Positions 43,178 to 53,753 of a DNA stretch of 64,000 nt are shown one piece after another (the stretch's first letter is position 1; each line of letters begins with the position of its first letter). Position numbers and translations under genes: made by a program. The notes beneath the pieces were generated by a model that did no database searches, was not told the origin of the DNA, and saw only the letters and a program-made list of their open reading frames with translations. Origin of the DNA: an uncultured Planctomycetota bacterium (GTDB lineage Bacteria > Planctomycetota > Planctomycetia > Gemmatales > Gemmataceae); the NCBI GenBank assembly GCA_963849325.1, contig CAWKHF010000006.1, forward strand, positions 96,001 through 160,000. The letters run 5' to 3'.

Positions 43178-44280
43178 ATGTCAGCGGCATGACCAGGTAC
43201 GAATAGTTCGCGCCGCTGCGGAACAGGGCCGGACTGCCGGCGTCGATCAGGTCCAGCGTCAGCTCCGCGTCCGGCGGCAGCACCTTGAGCATGTCCACCA
43301 GGTACGTCGGGTTGAAGCTGATGTCCAGCGTCTTGCCGTCGTACTCGATGGGCAGCTCGACCTTGGACCGCCCGGCCGTCGCGCCCTGGGCCTTGAGCGT
43401 CAGGTTGTCCTTGGCGAAGCGGAAGGTCACGCGCTTGCTGTCCTCGTCGGTCATGATGGCCGCCTGCCGCACCGCCGCTTGGAACGGCACCGCTTGCAGG
43501 ACGACCCGCACCGCCTGCTTTTTCGGCATCACCTGGCGGTAATCGGGGAAGCGGCCCTCGACGAGCCGGCTGTAGATCACCGCCCGCTCGGTGCGGAACA
43601 GCACCTCGTTGGGCCGCAGACAGATGCGCACCGGTTTCCTCGTCGTCCTGCAGGTTGCGTTCGAGCAGGCTCATGGCCTTGGTCGGCACCACGGGCGTCT
43701 GTCCCCGCGTCGTGTGGCCGCCGTGGCCGGTGGCGGTCCCCTGGGCCAGGGCCAGGCGCCGGCCATCGGTCGCCACCAGGCGAGCGATGTTGTCTTCCAG
43801 CTCCCACATGACGCCGGTCATCGAGTAACGGGCCGTCTCGTCGGCGGCGGCGAACACGGTGCGGCGGATCATCTCGCGCAGACTGCCGGCCGTGATCTCG
43901 TGAAACTTGTCCTCGGCGAAGGTCGGCAGGTCGGGAAACTGCGCCGGATCCTCGCTGGGCATCTCGAACTCCAGCGACGGTCCCTTGACCACGCAGGCGC
44001 TGGGATCGGCCTCGATCTCCAGCTCGTCGTCGCGCGTCTCGCGCAGGATGGCGAGCAGCTTGGCCGCCGGCAGGATCGCCTCGCCCGGTTCCTGGATGGT
44101 CAACCCTTGCACGTCCAGGCGGATGCCGACCTCCATGTCGGTGGCCATGAGGGTGCAGCGGCCGTCGCTGGCGATGGCCTTGATGTTCTTCAGGATCGGC
44201 TTGACGTCGCGGGCCGGAATGGCCGCGCTGACCAGCTGGCAGGCTGCCAGCAATCCCTCGCGATGACAGATGGCCTTCAT
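43176..44280 (-). CDS. dnaN: DNA polymerase III beta sliding clamp (frameshift near 43632)
   Basis: PILKNI, LMATDMEV, VATDGRRLA, SRLVEGRFPDY, ISFNPTYLVD, YLVMP. Confidence 0.96.
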
Positions 44281-44597
44281 GCAATCCTCCTTGCCCTGCC
44301 GGCTCATGCCGGCCGTTTACCCCAAATGAATCCTTACTTCTCTATATCCCCAGCAGTCGTATTGAGGTGAGACCTCAAACGGTTACTTCCTCTACTACCG
44401 GCACCTGTTATCCTTGCGGGATCAAGGGTTGCGCTTGTGTTCCCGTTGTGGAAATCCCGTCGATCGCCTGTCGCGCCGGCATCGGTTGGCGTCGAGCGAA
44501 TCAGGCCGATCCGCACGGCGACGGCGAAGGCGGGCGGATACCGTCGCCTCGCGACGGGCACTCATCGAGCCGACAACGGGTTTTCCACCAGGTTGTG
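44281..44597. promoter_or_regulatory. Candidate oriC (dnaA-dnaN intergenic region)
   Basis: Position; AT-richer tract at about 44315-44400; only degenerate DnaA-box-like 9-mers (TGTGGAAAT 44447-44455, TTTTCCACC 44581-44589). Confidence 0.4.
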
Positions 44598-45587
44598 TCA
44601 TGCGAGGTCCGCGTGCAGCTGCCGCACGGCCCCGGACAGGCGAATGTCTGAGGCGAGGGCTTGTTCGACCTTGCGGCAGGCGTGCAGGACGGTGCTGTGG
44701 TCTCGTCCGCCGAAGTACGAGCCGATCTGCTGCAACGACAGCTCGGTCAGCTGGCGGGCCAGGTACATGCCGACCTGGCGGGGCAGCAGAACGCCGCGCG
44801 ATCGGCTCCGCGCTTGCAGCTGCCGCGGCTCGACCTGGAAATACCGGCCGACGCGCTGGGCGATGCGTTCCACCGTGGGCCGGCCCGCCGACGCCTCCAC
44901 GTCGAAATGCTCGGCGATCCTTTCGACGCCGAGCGGTTGGCCCGGAAGGGGAGTCAGGCTCGCCAGGCGGGCCACAGCCCCTTCGAGCTGGCGGACACTG
45001 CCGGGAACATGGTCGGCCAGCCAGTCGATTGCGTCCGGCCCCACCTTCAGTCCACGCCGATGGAGACGATCTTGCAAGAAGGTCCGCCGGCTGTGCGGCG
45101 ATAACGGTCCCAGACCGACGACCAGACCGCTGCCCAGCCGGCTTGCCACCCGCGCCGGCAGATGAGCCAGTTGCGCCGGTCCTCCCAGGGCCGTGAATAC
45201 CAGCTGCTGTCCGCGCGACAGGCCGCGATCCATCAGATGTACAAATGTTTCCTCGACGCGCGCGGGCAAGTGTTGCACGTCCTCGACCACGAGCAAGTCC
45301 GCCTGCCGGGCCGCTTTCAGATCTTCCCGGTCGGCGTCGGATCGAAGCAGCGACTCGACATCGCCCGCAGCGAGCCGCGCGACTTGCAAGTCGGGTGCTC
45401 GTCCGGTGACGTCGGACAGCAGGGCCGAGACGAGATGACTTTTGCCGGTGCCGGCGGGTCCGTACAGGAACAGCGGATTGATAGTCCGTCGCGGGCCGCG
45501 TCCGCAGACGCAGTCGGCCACGCGCTCGACGGCCAGCCGCGCCGCCTCGTTCTCCGCCAGCGGGACCCAACTCGCAAACGTCTGCAT
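44598..45587 (-). CDS. dnaA: Short DnaA (AAA+ and DNA-binding domains only; alternative start 45641)
   Basis: TFASWV..EN..A, NPLFLYGPAGTGKSHL, LLVVEDVQ, SVRQLEGA, PRQVGMYLAR, GGRDHSTVLHA. Confidence 0.88.
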   Translation of the reverse strand: MQTFASWVPLAENEAARLAVERVADCVCGRGPRRTINPLFLYGPAGTGKSHLVSALLSDVTGRAPDLQVARLAAGDVESLLRSDADREDLKAARQADLLVVEDVQHLPARVEETFVHLMDRGLSRGQQLVFTALGGPAQLAHLPARVASRLGSGLVVGLGPLSPHSRRTFLQDRLHRRGLKVGPDAIDWLADHVPGSVRQLEGAVARLASLTPLPGQPLGVERIAEHFDVEASAGRPTVERIAQRVGRYFQVEPRQLQARSRSRGVLLPRQVGMYLARQLTELSLQQIGSYFGGRDHSTVLHACRKVEQALASDIRLSGAVRQLHADLA

Positions 45588-45852
45588 GCCCTTGCGCTTC
45601 GCCTCGCTATGGTTCGGTCTTCCCTCTGCAGCTGACATCATTTTAGCGAAATCCGCCCCCCGCCACAAGCACAATCGTCGTAACGAAACTTCTTGTGCGC
45701 CAAGGAGATAAGTACGAGATCGCCCCAACCTCCCTCGGAACGAACGTTCACCCTTTCGGGAGGGGTGACGCACCAGCGGCCCGCATGTTCGGCACAATCG
45801 TAACTCCTTACAATGCAAGGCGTATCCTTGAAGCGGGATTGGAGGGCCGGGC

Positions 45853-46526
45853 ATGATGTTCGAGATGGCCGAGGAATGCCTTTCGCTAGGTCTGCGCCGA
45901 GGTCCGTCATCTTCCGCGACGTGCGTATCGCCGCCGCTGGACCCGACCTGCGGGCGGAGATCGGTCGGGAAGTGCGGGCCGTCCGCGATCGGTTCGCCAC
46001 TCCGGCCGAGGTGCGCTCCGGTGCGGAGGTGGCGGCGTTTCAGGCGCTGCATCGCCGCGTCGGTGTCAATCCGCGCAAGGAGTCGTCCTCGGTCGAGCGC
46101 TTGCTCCTCCTCGCCCTCAAGCGCGGCGAACTGCCCGCCATCAACAGTCTGGTCGATGCGTATAACCTTGTCTCGCTGCGCACACGCTGCTCGCTGGGGG
46201 CGCACGACCTCGACGCGATCACCCTGCCGGTGGGTCTGCGCCTGCTGACCGGCCGGGAGTCGTTCACGCCGCTAGGCGAGACGACGCCCGTGGCCGTCGT
46301 GCCCGGCGAGTACGGTTACGTGGATGCGGCGGATCGGCTGTTGTGCCGGCTCGACGTGCGCCAGGCGGACTTCAGCAAGGTGACGCAGCGCACGCGCAAC
46401 GTGCTACTGATCGTCGAGGGGACCGCCGAGCACGCTCCGGACGTGCTGCGCCAGGCGATGGTGGAGGTGATCGAGCAGGTGAGGCGCTCTTGTGGAGGGA
46501 CGGCGGAAATCGCCGCGCAGCCCTGA
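45853..46526 (+). CDS. Stand-alone B3/B4 domain protein (PheRS-beta editing-like; frameshift near 45897)
   Basis: GGAGG RBS; GVNPRK..SSVERL, LPAINSLVDAYNLVSL, GAHDLD, PGEYGYVD. Confidence 0.85.
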
Positions 46527-46540
46527 AGGATCGATGGCCC

Positions 46541-47314
46541 TTATTCCTCGGCCGGCTCGTCGGACAACGTCGGCCCCGGTTCGGCCGTCAGCGCGTCGCG
46601 CCAGAACGACGGCACGTCCGCCCACGCCGCCTCGTAGGTCGCTTCCAGCGGCACCGAGACGTAGACCTCGGGCGTCAGAAAGAGCGGCATGTCCGGCAGC
46701 GGCAATCCGACCGCGACCGGCTGAACGAACGCCTCCGGGCATGGTCCCCCGATGTACGCGGCGAGGGTGAGCCGGCGATCCGGGGGCAGCGCGAACGGCT
46801 CCTCCTCGATCTCGTCCCAGATGGCCTTGTGAAGCCCATACGGGTCGCGCGAACTCGGTGGAAACAAATCCAGGAGCAGCAGATGGACGCCGGCCCGCAG
46901 CATCTCGCCAACCTTGTCCACCAGCGACCGCAAGCCGTGCCGATTGTTCTTGTTCCCCGGCGAAACGATCTCGACGATGGCGATGACCTGGTGATTGCTC
47001 TTGTGGCGAATCACAACCAACTTGGTCCGGGTGGCGTACAGTTCCGTCTCGCTGCGCCGCCGATACTCGACGCGCGGCGGGGTCGTGGCGAGGGCGATGC
47101 CTCCCGTCGGATCTCCGCGAGGCGGCGAGCCGTTGGCGGGCCGTTGCAGGGTGAGGACATCCGGGCCGAGACCTCCGGCGGTCTGCTCCGCCAGGGCGTA
47201 ATACTCCGGCGGCAGGAGTCCACGGTTCAAGGCGCGCCGGATTTCCGTGATCCAGGTGTGGTGAAAGTCGTGAAAGATGCTCGCATCAACGCGCGTCCAG
47301 TCGTGAATCGGCAT
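46541..47314 (-). CDS. DUF4058-like protein (PD-(D/E)XK restriction-endonuclease-like fold)
   Basis: MPIHDWTRV..FHDFH, PDV, IVEIVSPGNK, LPDMPLFL. Confidence 0.75.
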   Translation of the reverse strand: MPIHDWTRVDASIFHDFHHTWITEIRRALNRGLLPPEYYALAEQTAGGLGPDVLTLQRPANGSPPRGDPTGGIALATTPPRVEYRRRSETELYATRTKLVVIRHKSNHQVIAIVEIVSPGNKNNRHGLRSLVDKVGEMLRAGVHLLLLDLFPPSSRDPYGLHKAIWDEIEEEPFALPPDRRLTLAAYIGGPCPEAFVQPVAVGLPLPDMPLFLTPEVYVSVPLEATYEAAWADVPSFWRDALTAEPGPTLSDEPAEE

Positions 47315-47422
47315 GGGGTTCTCTTTCGCCGGGAGGAGGGAGAATCGATCCAGGATTATTCTATGCCGAAAGGGCTATAACGATTCGGGGAGATTGCCAA
47401 CGTCATTGCACGAGAGGGAGCC

Positions 47423-47794
47423 ATGAATCCGCTGGCCGAGATCCTCTACGACATCCTGCGCCAACGGACTTCGCTGGTCGATCCGCGTATCACTTACGCT
47501 GAGTTGGCTGAGCAGGTGCGCGACGCCGGCGCGACCTTCGAGTGGGTCCATCATCGCAGCCGGCAGTTGTACGCCGCCCTGGCTGAGGTCGGCGCCGAGT
47601 GCCGGCGCTTGCGGCTGCCGCCGCTGCCCGCCCTCGTCGTGCGAGCCGACACAGGCCGGCCAGGCGACGCCTACTACGAGGGGAAATGTACGGGCATCGT
47701 CTACCGCGGCGAGCGCATCGCCGGCTGGCGCCGAGACCTGGAGGCGGTGAAAGGGACCGCGTATCCCGCGCGAGACATTCGTTCCAAAGATTAA
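47423..47794 (+). CDS. Hypothetical protein
   Basis: GGGAG RBS; ITYAELA..LPPLPALVVRADTGRPGDAYY. Confidence 0.65.
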   Translation: MNPLAEILYDILRQRTSLVDPRITYAELAEQVRDAGATFEWVHHRSRQLYAALAEVGAECRRLRLPPLPALVVRADTGRPGDAYYEGKCTGIVYRGERIAGWRRDLEAVKGTAYPARDIRSKD

Positions 47795-47868
47795 TCACGG
47801 ATAACACGGATAAAGAAAGGGAATTCATCTTTCTTTCTTTATCTGTGTTATCCGTGTTATCCGTGGTT
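47793..47868. repeat. Inverted arrays of 9-bp repeats (AACACGGAT / ATCCGTGTT)
   Basis: Two units on the left and three on the right around AAAGAAAG..CTTTCTTT; lies between convergent genes. Confidence 0.85.
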
Positions 47869-47887
47869 CTTTTCTTCCCTCGGATGG

Positions 47888-49187
47888 CTAGAAGACTTCG
47901 CGTCGAGATACGAACAGCAGCAAACTACCATCTTCGCGGATGCCGGCGTCCTGCTCCTCGGCGCTGATGCCGTGCCGCCCCTCGGCGGCGCTGAGGCTGT
48001 AACGGCCTTCGCGCCGCGAGCTGCCGCAAGCCGGCGTCGAAGACGCCGCGCTCCAGCGGCAGTGCCCGCCGCAGGGCGACCAGGCTGACGTGGTTGTGCG
48101 AGCCGTGCGCGCGGTCCAGCCGTGCGAACGCCTCCTCGAAGCGAGACGGGAAATCCAGCGGTGTCGGTGCCGGCTTCGGCTCGGAGGGAGGCGCCGCCGT
48201 CGTCACGGGTGGAGCTACGGTCGCTGACGAACCGGCGTTGACGTCCGCGAGGAGAAACAACAGGGGTTTTTTCTTGCTGAGCAGGACGCCAATCCCATCG
48301 GGCAGGGGAGGCGCGCTCAGTCGCCGGCTCACGGCGTCGGTGAAAGAGACTTGCAAGCTCTTGTGTAGCTTCTTTTTCAGATCGGCCACCGACAGGATCT
48401 GGTTATCCGGCGTTCGCGTCGCGGCGATCACCTTGAAGAGCAATAGGGGCGAGGCGAGGAGGCGCTCGGCGTCGTCCGCCAGCGCGGTGGGGCTGTCCGC
48501 GCGGCTCGGCAGGGCGAGGACGGCCTGGCTACGGAAGGGTTCGCGGCCCACGGACTGCTTTCGCGTCGTTGCGCTGGCGGGGAGGCCGGTCAACTCATAG
48601 AGGCGGTCCAGCGGCACCGGATAAGCATCCACTCCGCGCAGACGCTGCTCGCTCAACACCTGCACCAGCTTTTCGCTCAGCTCCTCGGCGGGTTTCTTCT
48701 TCGGCGGCGGCGGCGGTGGCGGTGGCAATCGCTGCAGATACAGGTACGGCTTGTTCTTCACGGTCAGCACGCCGACGGCCGGCGGTAGGGTATTGTCGGC
48801 GATGTGTCGTTCCAGCGCCGCCCGGAACGCCGGCTGCAGCGCCTTGTCCACCTTGATGACGACCTTCGCCGGCGTATGCACCGGCTTCTCGGCGCTGCAC
48901 ACCCGTCCCAGGGCGAATTCCAGGAGCTGGGGGCTGGCGGCGAGTCGTTCGGCGTCCTCGGCGAGGGCGATGGGGCTGCTGGCGTCCTTCTTGCTCGCGG
49001 GAATCCATTGGGATGCGAATGGTTTCTTGGCCAGTGCCTTGCCTACCTGCTCGGGTGTTGCCTGCGGATCGGCCAGGGCGGCGAGCCGATCCACGGTCAA
49101 CGGATAGTCACTGCCCGACTGCCGCTGCCGTTCGAGGGCGTCCAGCAGCTTCCGGGCCAGTTCGGCGATGGTGTCCGCTTTCGGCAT
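47888..49187 (-). CDS. Hypothetical protein with a duplicated domain (frameshift near 48018; alternative start 49208)
   Basis: YPLTVDRL..PIALAEDAERLAASPQLL recurs as YPVPLDRL..PTALADDAERLLASPLLL; corrected end ..LLLFVSRREVF stop. Confidence 0.7.
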
Positions 49188-49198
49188 GGCCGGTTCCC

Positions 49199-49813
49199 TC
49201 AGCGCCATTGGGCGAAGCGGCGCAGCATCTCCAGGCCGACGCGCTGGCTCTTCTCGGGATGGAACTGCGTGGCGAAGACGTTGTCCTGCCAGACGGCCGA
49301 CGCGAACGGCGTCGGATAATCGGTCTCGGTCGCCGTCAGGTCCGGGTCGCGCGGCACGACGTAATAGGAGTGGACGAAGTAGACCGACGACTCGGGCGGC
49401 AGGCCAGCCAGCGGCGGCGCCGGCTTGCGGACGCGCAGCTGGTTCCAGCCCATGTGCGGCACCTTCAGTCCCGGCATGTCCGGGAAGCGCACGACCTCAC
49501 CCGGGAAGTAGTCGAGCCCGCGATGGTGGCCGTCCTCGTGGCTGGTGGTGAACAGCAGCTGCAGGCCCAGGCAGATGCCGAAGAACGGTTTGCCGCCGCG
49601 CAGATGTTCCAGGAGCGGCGCGGTCAGGCCGGCCTCGTGCAGCCGAGCGATGGCGTCGCGGAAGGCGCCGACGCCCGGCAGCACGACCTTGTCCGCCTCG
49701 GCGATGCGGTTGGGATCGCCGCTGATGTCCGCGGCGTGGCCGACCTTCTCGAACGCCTTCTGCACGCTGCGCAGGTTGGCCATACCATAATCGATAATGA
49801 GGATCTTTTTCAT
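49199..49813 (-). CDS. hisH: Imidazole glycerol phosphate synthase glutaminase subunit
   Basis: IIDYGMANLRSV, LPGVGAF, GICLGLQ, VPHMGWN, YFVHSY, QFHPEKS. Confidence 0.97.
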   Translation of the reverse strand: MKKILIIDYGMANLRSVQKAFEKVGHAADISGDPNRIAEADKVVLPGVGAFRDAIARLHEAGLTAPLLEHLRGGKPFFGICLGLQLLFTTSHEDGHHRGLDYFPGEVVRFPDMPGLKVPHMGWNQLRVRKPAPPLAGLPPESSVYFVHSYYVVPRDPDLTATETDYPTPFASAVWQDNVFATQFHPEKSQRVGLEMLRRFAQWR

Positions 49814-49823
49814 GGCGATTGCT

Positions 49824-50260
49824 TCAATACAGCTCGTAGATGTGTTCTCCGCCGTGAGCGGGATTGCCGGTCAGGACACGATTGCGCAGATCCACGACGA
49901 GATCGAGATGCTCCAGGGGCAATTGGCCGATCAGCACCGGCACGCTATCGGGAACCTCCATCACATCCATGGTGCAGGCGCGTCCCTGGATGGTGAGTCG
50001 GACGGCCTCGAACATGCCGGCTTCCGATACGCCGATGCTGCTCGTGACGTGCTTGGAGCCGGTGCGCGACAAGCCGAGCTGCTGAATCAACCGGGTCGGC
50101 ATCGACAATAAGGTCGCCCCCGTATCGACGAGGGCGTCCGGGACGACGATGCGCCGGGCCTGGTCGGCGGGCAGACGGCCGCGCTCGACGTCCCAGAGGT
50201 CTTTCAAGCTCTCGATGGTGGCTTCCGTGGTGACGCCCCCATAGGAATCTCCGATTTCAT
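49824..50260 (-). CDS. Clan AA retropepsin-like aspartic protease (frameshift near 50237)
   Basis: ALVDTGAT, LIGQLPLEHLDLVVD; AGGAG RBS before MKSEIPMG. Confidence 0.82.
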
Positions 50261-50303
50261 GGACCGCTCTCCTCTTTTTATCGTGCCGATCCGAACTCTG
50301 GCG

Positions 50304-51735
50304 TCAGGGTTGTGTTCTCGTTCGCCGCACGCGCAGGCGCAATGTCTTCTCGATAAGCCGGCGATGCCAACGTCCGCGTTCCTCCAGTGTGCTCGAAATC
50401 CTCGGTTTTGTCCACCGTCCCCGTCTTCGTATTGACCCACTCGGCCCGGTACGCGCCGGCCGGCATCTCCATTTCCAGAGTCGCTTGCGTGCCGCCCTTG
50501 ACGTACACCGCATACGTCCGTCCTGGCGCGGCCAGTACGCGCGCCGTCGCCTTCGCCTCCGGCGGATTGCCGGTCAGCGCCGCCGTGACGCGGCCGCCCT
50601 TGAGGACGCTATTGTCCGGCCGCATCGACACGAAATCGAGGCCGTCCATGAACTCCTTGAGGATTTGCAGCTGCTTGCGCAGCGCCGGCCCGCCGCCGCC
50701 GGGCGAAGTCGTCACCTTCGCCGTCCCATCCGGGTGCTTGCAGGTGAACGAATAATCGAGGTTACTGTACACGGCGCCGCCGGCCAGCAGGAAGTCCCAG
50801 CCTTCGGTGCGGTAGGGCAGGTCGCCCGTGCCGCGAAAGCCGGTCTCGTCATCGCCGACGGGCCGGGCGAGCTTGGCATTGACGGCCACGCTGTCGGGCG
50901 GCGTCGCATAGTGGAAGTTGAAGAGAGAGACGTGCGGGTTCGGTCTGTCGATCTTCTTCGAGCCGTTGGCGATGTTCTGGGCGATCAGGTGCCGCCGGCC
51001 GTCGGCATCGCGGAGGACGGCGACGATGCGGTCGTTCCACTCGCGCGTCACGCCGCCGAAATAAGGCTCATTGCAGACCTCATAATACAGGTTATCGAAG
51101 TCCTTCAGCTCGGCGGCGAGCTTGCGCACGAGTGCTTCCTGCGCGGCGGTCAGCGCCTTGTCCTTGAGCGTATACACGTCGAGCCGGCCGACCTTTCCGG
51201 CGCCCTGCACGTTGTTGGCGGCGTTCATGGGGTTGACCGCCCATAGCTTGTCGTCGTAGATGGTGCAGAACAGCGACAGCTCGACGACGATGCCGCGTTT
51301 GCCGGCCTCGGCGACGAAGTCCTTGAGGCGAGCGAAGTAGTCCGCGTCCCATTTCCCCAGATCGAACTGGTTGCCGCCGTCGCCAGCCCCGCCCCTGCCG
51401 CTGCGCGCCACGGGCAGAGGAAACGGCCGGGCGCCGGCGCCAGCGTGTTCTCGACGATGCCGAACGAGCCGGGTATCTCGCGGTAGGTGCCGGCGAACGT
51501 GCGCGTGAGGTTGAACCGTGCGCGCCTGCAACTCGTTGAGGTAGGGAACGTAATCGAAATCGCGGTTGAGTACGGCGCCGTAGTGCTCGCCGGAGGTGAC
51601 GAGCACGGCCGGCTTGCCGCGAAAGAGGAAGTAATGCGGATTGTCGGGATGCAGAGCGAGCGGTTTGTCGGCCGCCCGCGCCGGCAGGGCCGTCAGGGAC
51701 AAAACAAGGAGCGCCCATCGGACGGATATTCGCAT
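50304..51735 (-). CDS. Secreted clan GH-A-like glycoside hydrolase with C-terminal beta-sandwich (indels)
   Basis: Signal peptide; NPHYF, YFARLKDFVAEAGKRGI, YEVCNEP (acid/base), GDDETG (nucleophile candidate). Confidence 0.7.
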
Positions 51736-51797
51736 GGTCCTGTCCTTCGCCGGGCCAGGAGGACTCTTCCTACCCGGCAAGATTTTTATTCCCCGGT

Positions 51798-51825
51798 TTG
51801 ACAGTCCGGGATTGTGACTTATGGT
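51798..51825 (+). promoter_or_regulatory. Possible sigma-70 promoter for the gene at 52081
   Basis: TTGACA-16 nt-TATGGT in a divergent intergenic region. Confidence 0.35.
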
Positions 51826-52080
51826 TTTGTAGGAAAAAGCAGTCGTTTGTGTCGGGCCGACGATCTCTCCTTGCGAGGCTCCCGGCCCCTTCCAGACCCC
51901 CCTCGACACGCGCTGCTTCTCAGAATGAAATCTCCCCACGCCGATACTTTCCCCTCGCAACGGTAAGACCTCCCCAGCTACGAGTCAGGCCACGGCACCG
52001 CCGCGCTCGTTACCCTGTGTGCGGTAGTCGGCCTGCCTCCCGGAAGACAACGTCCCGATAACCCGTCACCCCACCGGAGA

Positions 52081-53558
52081 ATGGCAATGCCCGTCCTGTT
52101 CCGTTTCCTCCGCGAACTCGGAATCCACACGACACCACGCCCGCGCCCGCGCCGGTACGGCACCGCATCCGGCCATTGCTCGAAACGCTGGAAGACCGCT
52201 TGCAACCGTCAGCCTGTAGTACCGCCGTCGTGGAACCGCCCGCGCATCAGCCGCCGTCGCCGGCTTGCGGGAGCGGCACGGACGGGGGCCACTCCGATAA
52301 AGACAATCACTCGGACAAAGACAATCACTCGGACAAAGACAAATGCGTGGGCGGCACGGACGGGGCCCAGTCGAACCAAGACCATCACTCGGACAAAGAC
52401 AAATCGTCGAACCAAGATAATCACTCGGACAAAGACAAATCGCCGGACAAAGACAAACACGATGCGCCTCCGCCGCCGGATCATGGGGGAGGCCCTTCGG
52501 GCACCAATTCGGTGTTCAGCGAAAGCGACGTGCTGGTCGCCTCCAAGATGGATACGACCAACGGCACCTTCAACGTCTGGTACAGTGATGAGCACGCCCT
52601 GGCCCTGGGCGTTCGCGAGGTCATCGTCAAGACGGCCAGCGGCACCACGGTCACGGACTATCCGACCACTCCGCTCACCTCCAATCCCGGCGCCGCTACC
52701 AATCCCGCCGTGGGCACGACCGCGACCACGGGCGACCAGGCGGGGACCGATGCCTACGGCTATCTGCTGACGCCCTCGTTGTACATCACGGACAACACCA
52801 CCGGCGTCTCCAGCAGCGTGGCCATCACACCCAGTGCCGTGTTCGGCACCTGGAAGTACTTCGTGCGGACGGTCGATTACACCCATTCGACGACGACACC
52901 CACCATAACGATGACGGCGGACTCCGATCCCGCCAAGAACGGCTGGAACCTGGGTGCCGGCGCCGATGCTCCACCGTCGGGCCTGTCCACCCAGGGCTAC
53001 ACGTCGGAGGTGCGCTGGAACCTGAACGACCTGTATCAGCAGGGCGTGCTCAAGGTGGGCGACAGCTATAGCTTCAAGGTCATCGTTCACGATGGCGATC
53101 AGAACAAGGCCGGCGGCGACGCCGGGGAAGCCATCTACAACGTGGGGACCTACTGCGGCCCGACCTCGAACTCCGGCACGCCGCCGACCAGCCTGTCGGG
53201 GTCCGTTTACAACGTGACCAACGGTGGCCAGGCCGCCCTGTCCGGCGTGATGTTGACCCTCACGGGAACCACCGCCAGCGGCCAGACGGTGAACCTAACG
53301 ACCACGACGGCGGCGGACGGATCGTACTCGTTCTCGAACGTGTTGCCAGGGACGTACACCATCACCCAGACCGTCCCGTCAGGCATGACCGACACGGCGA
53401 CCAGTCCGGGAACGGTCGCCGGCGCGACGGACGGCTCGGTGGCGACGCAGGGGGTCATCGACCAGATTCATCTACTCTGCGGCAACACGGGCGTGAACTA
53501 CGATTTCGACGACGCCAGTTCCGCCAGCACCACCCCCATCACCATCATCACCGCCTGA
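52081..53558 (+). CDS. Planctomycete-type extracellular protein with His/Asp repeats and SdrD-B/Cna-like domain (frameshift near 52165)
   Basis: Arg-rich leader then LETLEDRLQPS; HSDKD repeats; LSGSVY..GVMLTLTGT..TTTAADGSYSFSNVLPGTYTITQT. Confidence 0.78.
52275..52457 (+). repeat. Coding tandem repeats (18-nt unit CACTCGGACAAAGACAA[T/A])
   Basis: Five HSDKD units plus SNQD and PDKDK variants; the GGCACGGACGGGG block is also duplicated. Confidence 0.9.
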
Positions 53559-53753
53559 TACGGAGCGATTCGAGGTCTGATCGACGAGCGGCCGGGGGAG
53601 TCGTTGTCGCGACAACGACTCCCCTATCTTTTTCCCTTCACGGCGTCGGGGGTGACTCCAGAGGGAGCCAACGACTCGGAAGGAGGACTTTTCTTCCCCG
53701 TTCGCGGTGCGCCTGTTGACAAAAGAGGTCATATAAGGGTTCGGCGGGCTTGC

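Noticed and set aside
40180-44280. gyrB and dnaN as pseudogenes or programmed frameshifts
   Set aside because: Both are essential genes with intact motifs; indels occur throughout the window with no consistent slippery site, so sequencing error is more likely.
44598-46205. 535-aa full-length DnaA
   Set aside because: The extra N-terminal part is antisense to the B3/B4 gene and shows no DnaA domain I features.
51826-52080. Riboswitch or ncRNA in the long leader
   Set aside because: No recognisable conserved riboswitch motif or terminator by eye; an Rfam scan would be needed.
52275-52457. Possible CRISPR or non-coding repeat array
   Set aside because: Units are multiples of three, lie in frame within a CDS and lack unique spacers.
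53716-53737. TTGACA..TATAAG promoter
   Set aside because: The spacer is only 10 nt and it points antisense into a gene end.
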